Assembly: GCA_051269935.1 (NCBI GenBank)
Contig: JBNMFJ010000001.1
Location: 1-45,929 of the forward strand
Reading direction: 5' to 3'
Length of the DNA: 45,929 nucleotides
From: Patescibacteria group bacterium
GTDB taxonomy: Archaea > Nanobdellota > Nanobdellia > Pacearchaeales > GW2011-AR1
Shown: positions 43,596 to 45,929 of the stretch, piece after piece
Position numbering within the stretch: the first letter of the stretch is position 1
Layout of the letters: every line of letters begins with the position of its first letter
Program-made: the position numbers and the translations under genes
The notes under the pieces: model-generated
What the model was told of the DNA's origin: nothing
Seen by the model: the letters and a program-made list of their open reading frames with translations, nothing else
The model's database searches: none

Positions 43596-44320
43596 AGATT
43601 TAATTTGTCGCCGTGTTTGCCTAGCCATTTGACTTTATCTTTGTAATTTGGGTCGGCTTGCTGTACTAATTTCCAGAATCTGTTTGAATGATTTGGCTCG
43701 ATTAAATGTGCTAGTTCGTGAATGATTACATATTCTAGTACTGCTAAGGGTGCTAGGAGTAGTCTTGTTGAGAGTTCTATTTCTTGTGTTTGGTGTTTGC
43801 ATGCACCCCATCTTGAGATGGTATACCTGTATGATATTTTTTGTATGGGTTTATTAAAATGGATTTTATTGAGCCTTCCAACATGATAGTGTAATTCTTG
43901 AAGGTGTTCTTTGGCTAAGAGTTTTCTCGTTATTTTTGAAATTGTTTCTTGTCGTTGTTCTTCTGAGTGATAATCTGGTAATCTGTAATGAAGATAGTCT
44001 CCTTTAATTTTTCCGTAATTTTTTTCTCTTGCTTCAAGGTCTATTTTTATTTGATATGTTTTTGTATGAGTTCTTAGAAACTCGTCATGTCTATATCTTT
44101 TTTGGGTGAGATTTAACTCGGGCTTTTCTTTAATTTTTCCAACTGCCCATACTATTAATTTATGAATTTCTTCTTCCTGATTTCTTTTACTAAGATGTTT
44201 TGGGATTCTAATATTAATGCCTCCTTTTGTTATTGATGCACGCGTGGAATTCCTTCGTTCAATGTATATGTTAATGCTATGATTAATATTACCTACTTTT
44301 ATTGTTCTCTTTTCCACCAT
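43592..44320 (-). CDS. DUF45 / YgjP-like zinc metallopeptidase-fold protein
   Basis: YVIIHELAHLIEPNHSNRFWKLV (HExxH followed by NHS..FW). Confidence 0.8.
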   Translation of the reverse strand: MVEKRTIKVGNINHSINIYIERRNSTRASITKGGINIRIPKHLSKRNQEEEIHKLIVWAVGKIKEKPELNLTQKRYRHDEFLRTHTKTYQIKIDLEAREKNYGKIKGDYLHYRLPDYHSEEQRQETISKITRKLLAKEHLQELHYHVGRLNKIHFNKPIQKISYRYTISRWGACKHQTQEIELSTRLLLAPLAVLEYVIIHELAHLIEPNHSNRFWKLVQQADPNYKDKVKWLGKHGDKLNL

Positions 44321-44350
44321 ATTTGCTTTACTCTAGAAGGGTTTTTATAA

Positions 44351-44605
44351 TTATTGAGCAGCGTCTTTACTTTGAGACATAGAATGATTATTTGAATGTC
44401 TGGTCTTCTTTTTAGGCTCTTCTTTCCTCACTGCATAGAAAATAAATACAAATATTGAGGCGATTGCGTATAGGGCTAGAATTACTGCTGCTAGAATAAG
44501 AAATGGAATTGCTAAACCACCGATTACTACTAGTAAAAAGAATGCTATTGGGATTAATACTATTGCGCCTAAGAGGCCTAAGAAAAATCGTATTGCATTG
44601 TTCAT
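44351..44605 (-). CDS. small two-TM membrane protein (84 aa)
   Basis: ORF track; overlaps the upstream gene end by 4 nt. Hydrophobic. Confidence 0.5.
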   Translation of the reverse strand: MNNAIRFFLGLLGAIVLIPIAFFLLVVIGGLAIPFLILAAVILALYAIASIFVFIFYAVRKEEPKKKTRHSNNHSMSQSKDAAQ

Positions 44606-45288
44606 GATCTACTCGGTTTTGGCATGTATTTATATAATTTCATGGCTAGATTTTTAATTGGCATTGATTGCAGCCATACTTTACCTGGTCCTGTTAATGT
44701 TCCTAGGAATATTCCTTCTCCTCCGAAGAACATGTTTTTGACTCCTTTTATTCTTGTGATGTCAAAGTCTACTGATGGTTCATATGCTCCGATATGTTGT
44801 GGGTCTACTTTTAGGGTTTGTCCTTCTTTTAATGAATACTCTGTGATCTCTCCGGCGAGTTCTAAAAATGCTTTTCCTGGGCCAGTTATTTGTTGTAAGA
44901 AAAATCCTTCTCCTCCAAAGAACCCTGCTCCTAACCTTTTTGTTAGTGTTAGCTTTAGGTCGACACCTTCCTGCGCTACCATAAATGCGTCTCGTTGGCA
45001 GATAATTGATTCTCCTTTTTTGAGGTCAAGTGGGACGATTTTTCCTGGCATTTCTGAGGAGAATGTTATGAGTCCGGTTCCTTCTTCGCATTTATAATCT
45101 ACTAAGAATAAAGATTCACCAGAGAACATTCTTCCGATTCCTTTGAGCAGTCCACCCTTGACGTTTGCATTCATATTTATATTTGGTGTCATCCAACTCA
45201 TACCACCACTTTCTGTAAATACAGCTTCGCCTTTATCTAATTCAATGTCTAATACTTGTAATGTTGTTCCACGGATTTTTGTTTTCAT
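44602..45288 (-). CDS. AIM24 / TIGR00266 (DUF124) family protein
   Basis: Repeated GGEGFFLQQITGPGKAFL and GGEGIFLGTLTGPGKVWL motifs typical of the family. Confidence 0.75.
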   Translation of the reverse strand: MKTKIRGTTLQVLDIELDKGEAVFTESGGMSWMTPNINMNANVKGGLLKGIGRMFSGESLFLVDYKCEEGTGLITFSSEMPGKIVPLDLKKGESIICQRDAFMVAQEGVDLKLTLTKRLGAGFFGGEGFFLQQITGPGKAFLELAGEITEYSLKEGQTLKVDPQHIGAYEPSVDFDITRIKGVKNMFFGGEGIFLGTLTGPGKVWLQSMPIKNLAMKLYKYMPKPSRS

Positions 45289-45477
45289 ATTATTATATGG
45301 ATTTATCTCTTTTTAATACTTTTCTCATTTCCTTATTTGAAACTTTTACTGAGTAGCAACAAATCCATAGCTTTATAAAGGGTAAAAATGATTGAATTAG
45401 TATATTAATGGTTAGAGTCTTTGAGCGAAAAGACTTGCTCAAGATTTAATTCTTGTTATACTATTTTATTACATACA

Positions 45478-45929
45478 ATGGAAGGATTTACAAAAATGGG
45501 CTTAAGCCCTGAACTTTTGAAAAACATAGAGAAAGCCGGTATTAGTGTACCTACTGATATCCAGGCACAAGCAATCCCATTAGCTTTGGAAGGAGCTGAT
45601 ATAATTGGTGGTTCTGCTACTGGTAGTGGAAAGACTCTTGCTTTTAGTGCTGCTATTATTGATAAAATAAAACCAAGTGATGAAGTATCTGCTTTGGTTA
45701 TGTGTCCTACTAGAGAATTGGCTGAACAAGTTTCTAGTGCTATTTCTGCATTTGCGGCTGGTAAGGGATTGAATGTATTGGCTATTTATGGTGGTGTTAG
45801 TATTGATGGGCAAATTCGAAAGATTTCACAGGCTGATATTGTTGTTGGTACTCCAGGTCGAATTATGGATCATATGCAAAGGGGAACGTTACGATTTAAT
45901 GATATTAAGTTTTTGGTTTTAGATGAGGT
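45478..45929 (+). CDS. DEAD-box RNA helicase, 5' partial (runs off the window)
   Basis: Hand translation from ATG 45478: MEGFTKMGLSPELLKNIEKAGISVPTDIQAQAIP...GSATGSGKT...PTRELA...GTPGRI...LVLDE. Confidence 0.9.
   Translation, partial: MEGFTKMGLSPELLKNIEKAGISVPTDIQAQAIPLALEGADIIGGSATGSGKTLAFSAAIIDKIKPSDEVSALVMCPTRELAEQVSSAISAFAAGKGLNVLAIYGGVSIDGQIRKISQADIVVGTPGRIMDHMQRGTLRFNDIKFLVLDE

Noticed and set aside
45580-45813. 77-aa ORF on the - strand
   Set aside because: Antisense to the clearly recognisable partial DEAD-box helicase CDS starting at 45478.

Overview
AT-rich, gene-dense window that looks archaeal, possibly from a small-genome DPANN-like lineage (inference). Supporting signs are a tRNA-Glu(CUC) with a 102-nt intron at the canonical 37/38 position, TrmB and Lrp/AsnC-type regulators, TATA-like boxes about 27-29 nt upstream of the tRNAs, and GGAGG-type ribosome binding sites. 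Recognisable housekeeping and repair genes include mutL, uvrC, uvrA, a bacterial-type HU, two DEAD-box helicases (one partial at the 3' edge), a DnaQ-like exonuclease and two tRNA-Glu genes. Membrane and miscellaneous genes include DUF368, BI-1/YccA, DUF1295, a DedA-like protein, an MFS-like transporter, a DUF45 zincin, an AIM24/TIGR00266 protein, a histidine phosphatase, an agmatine-deiminase-like protein, a RibD_C/DHFR-like protein and a Zn-ribbon-Doc toxin. The most interesting locus is an eight-gene, translationally coupled operon (10458-18106, + strand). It encodes a tandem (degenerate + active) E1-like adenylating enzyme, a JAMM/MPN+ peptidase, a large protein with a UBC/E2-like C-terminus, and a 136-aa candidate ubiquitin-like protein ending ...VGG plus an 8-residue tail. 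It also encodes four proteins with no motif I recognise. I interpret it as a divergent ubiquitin-like conjugation system. A second notable operon (22267-26724) combines an Asp/Glu-type racemase, three ATP-grasp ligases and an LD-carboxypeptidase-like peptidase, next to a divergent Lrp-like regulator. The window also shows a recurring architecture: the terminal 40-76 bp of a gene (exonuclease 5' end, mutL 3' end, DUF368 5' end, tRNA-Glu 5' half) is duplicated as an orphan copy around a small insert. Three of these inserts share a hairpin core with compensatory substitutions, and all differences between the duplicated coding ends are synonymous. Two copies of a roughly 168-bp MITE-like element with 13-bp terminal inverted repeats are present. 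No CRISPR array, rRNA, transposase or integrase gene was seen.
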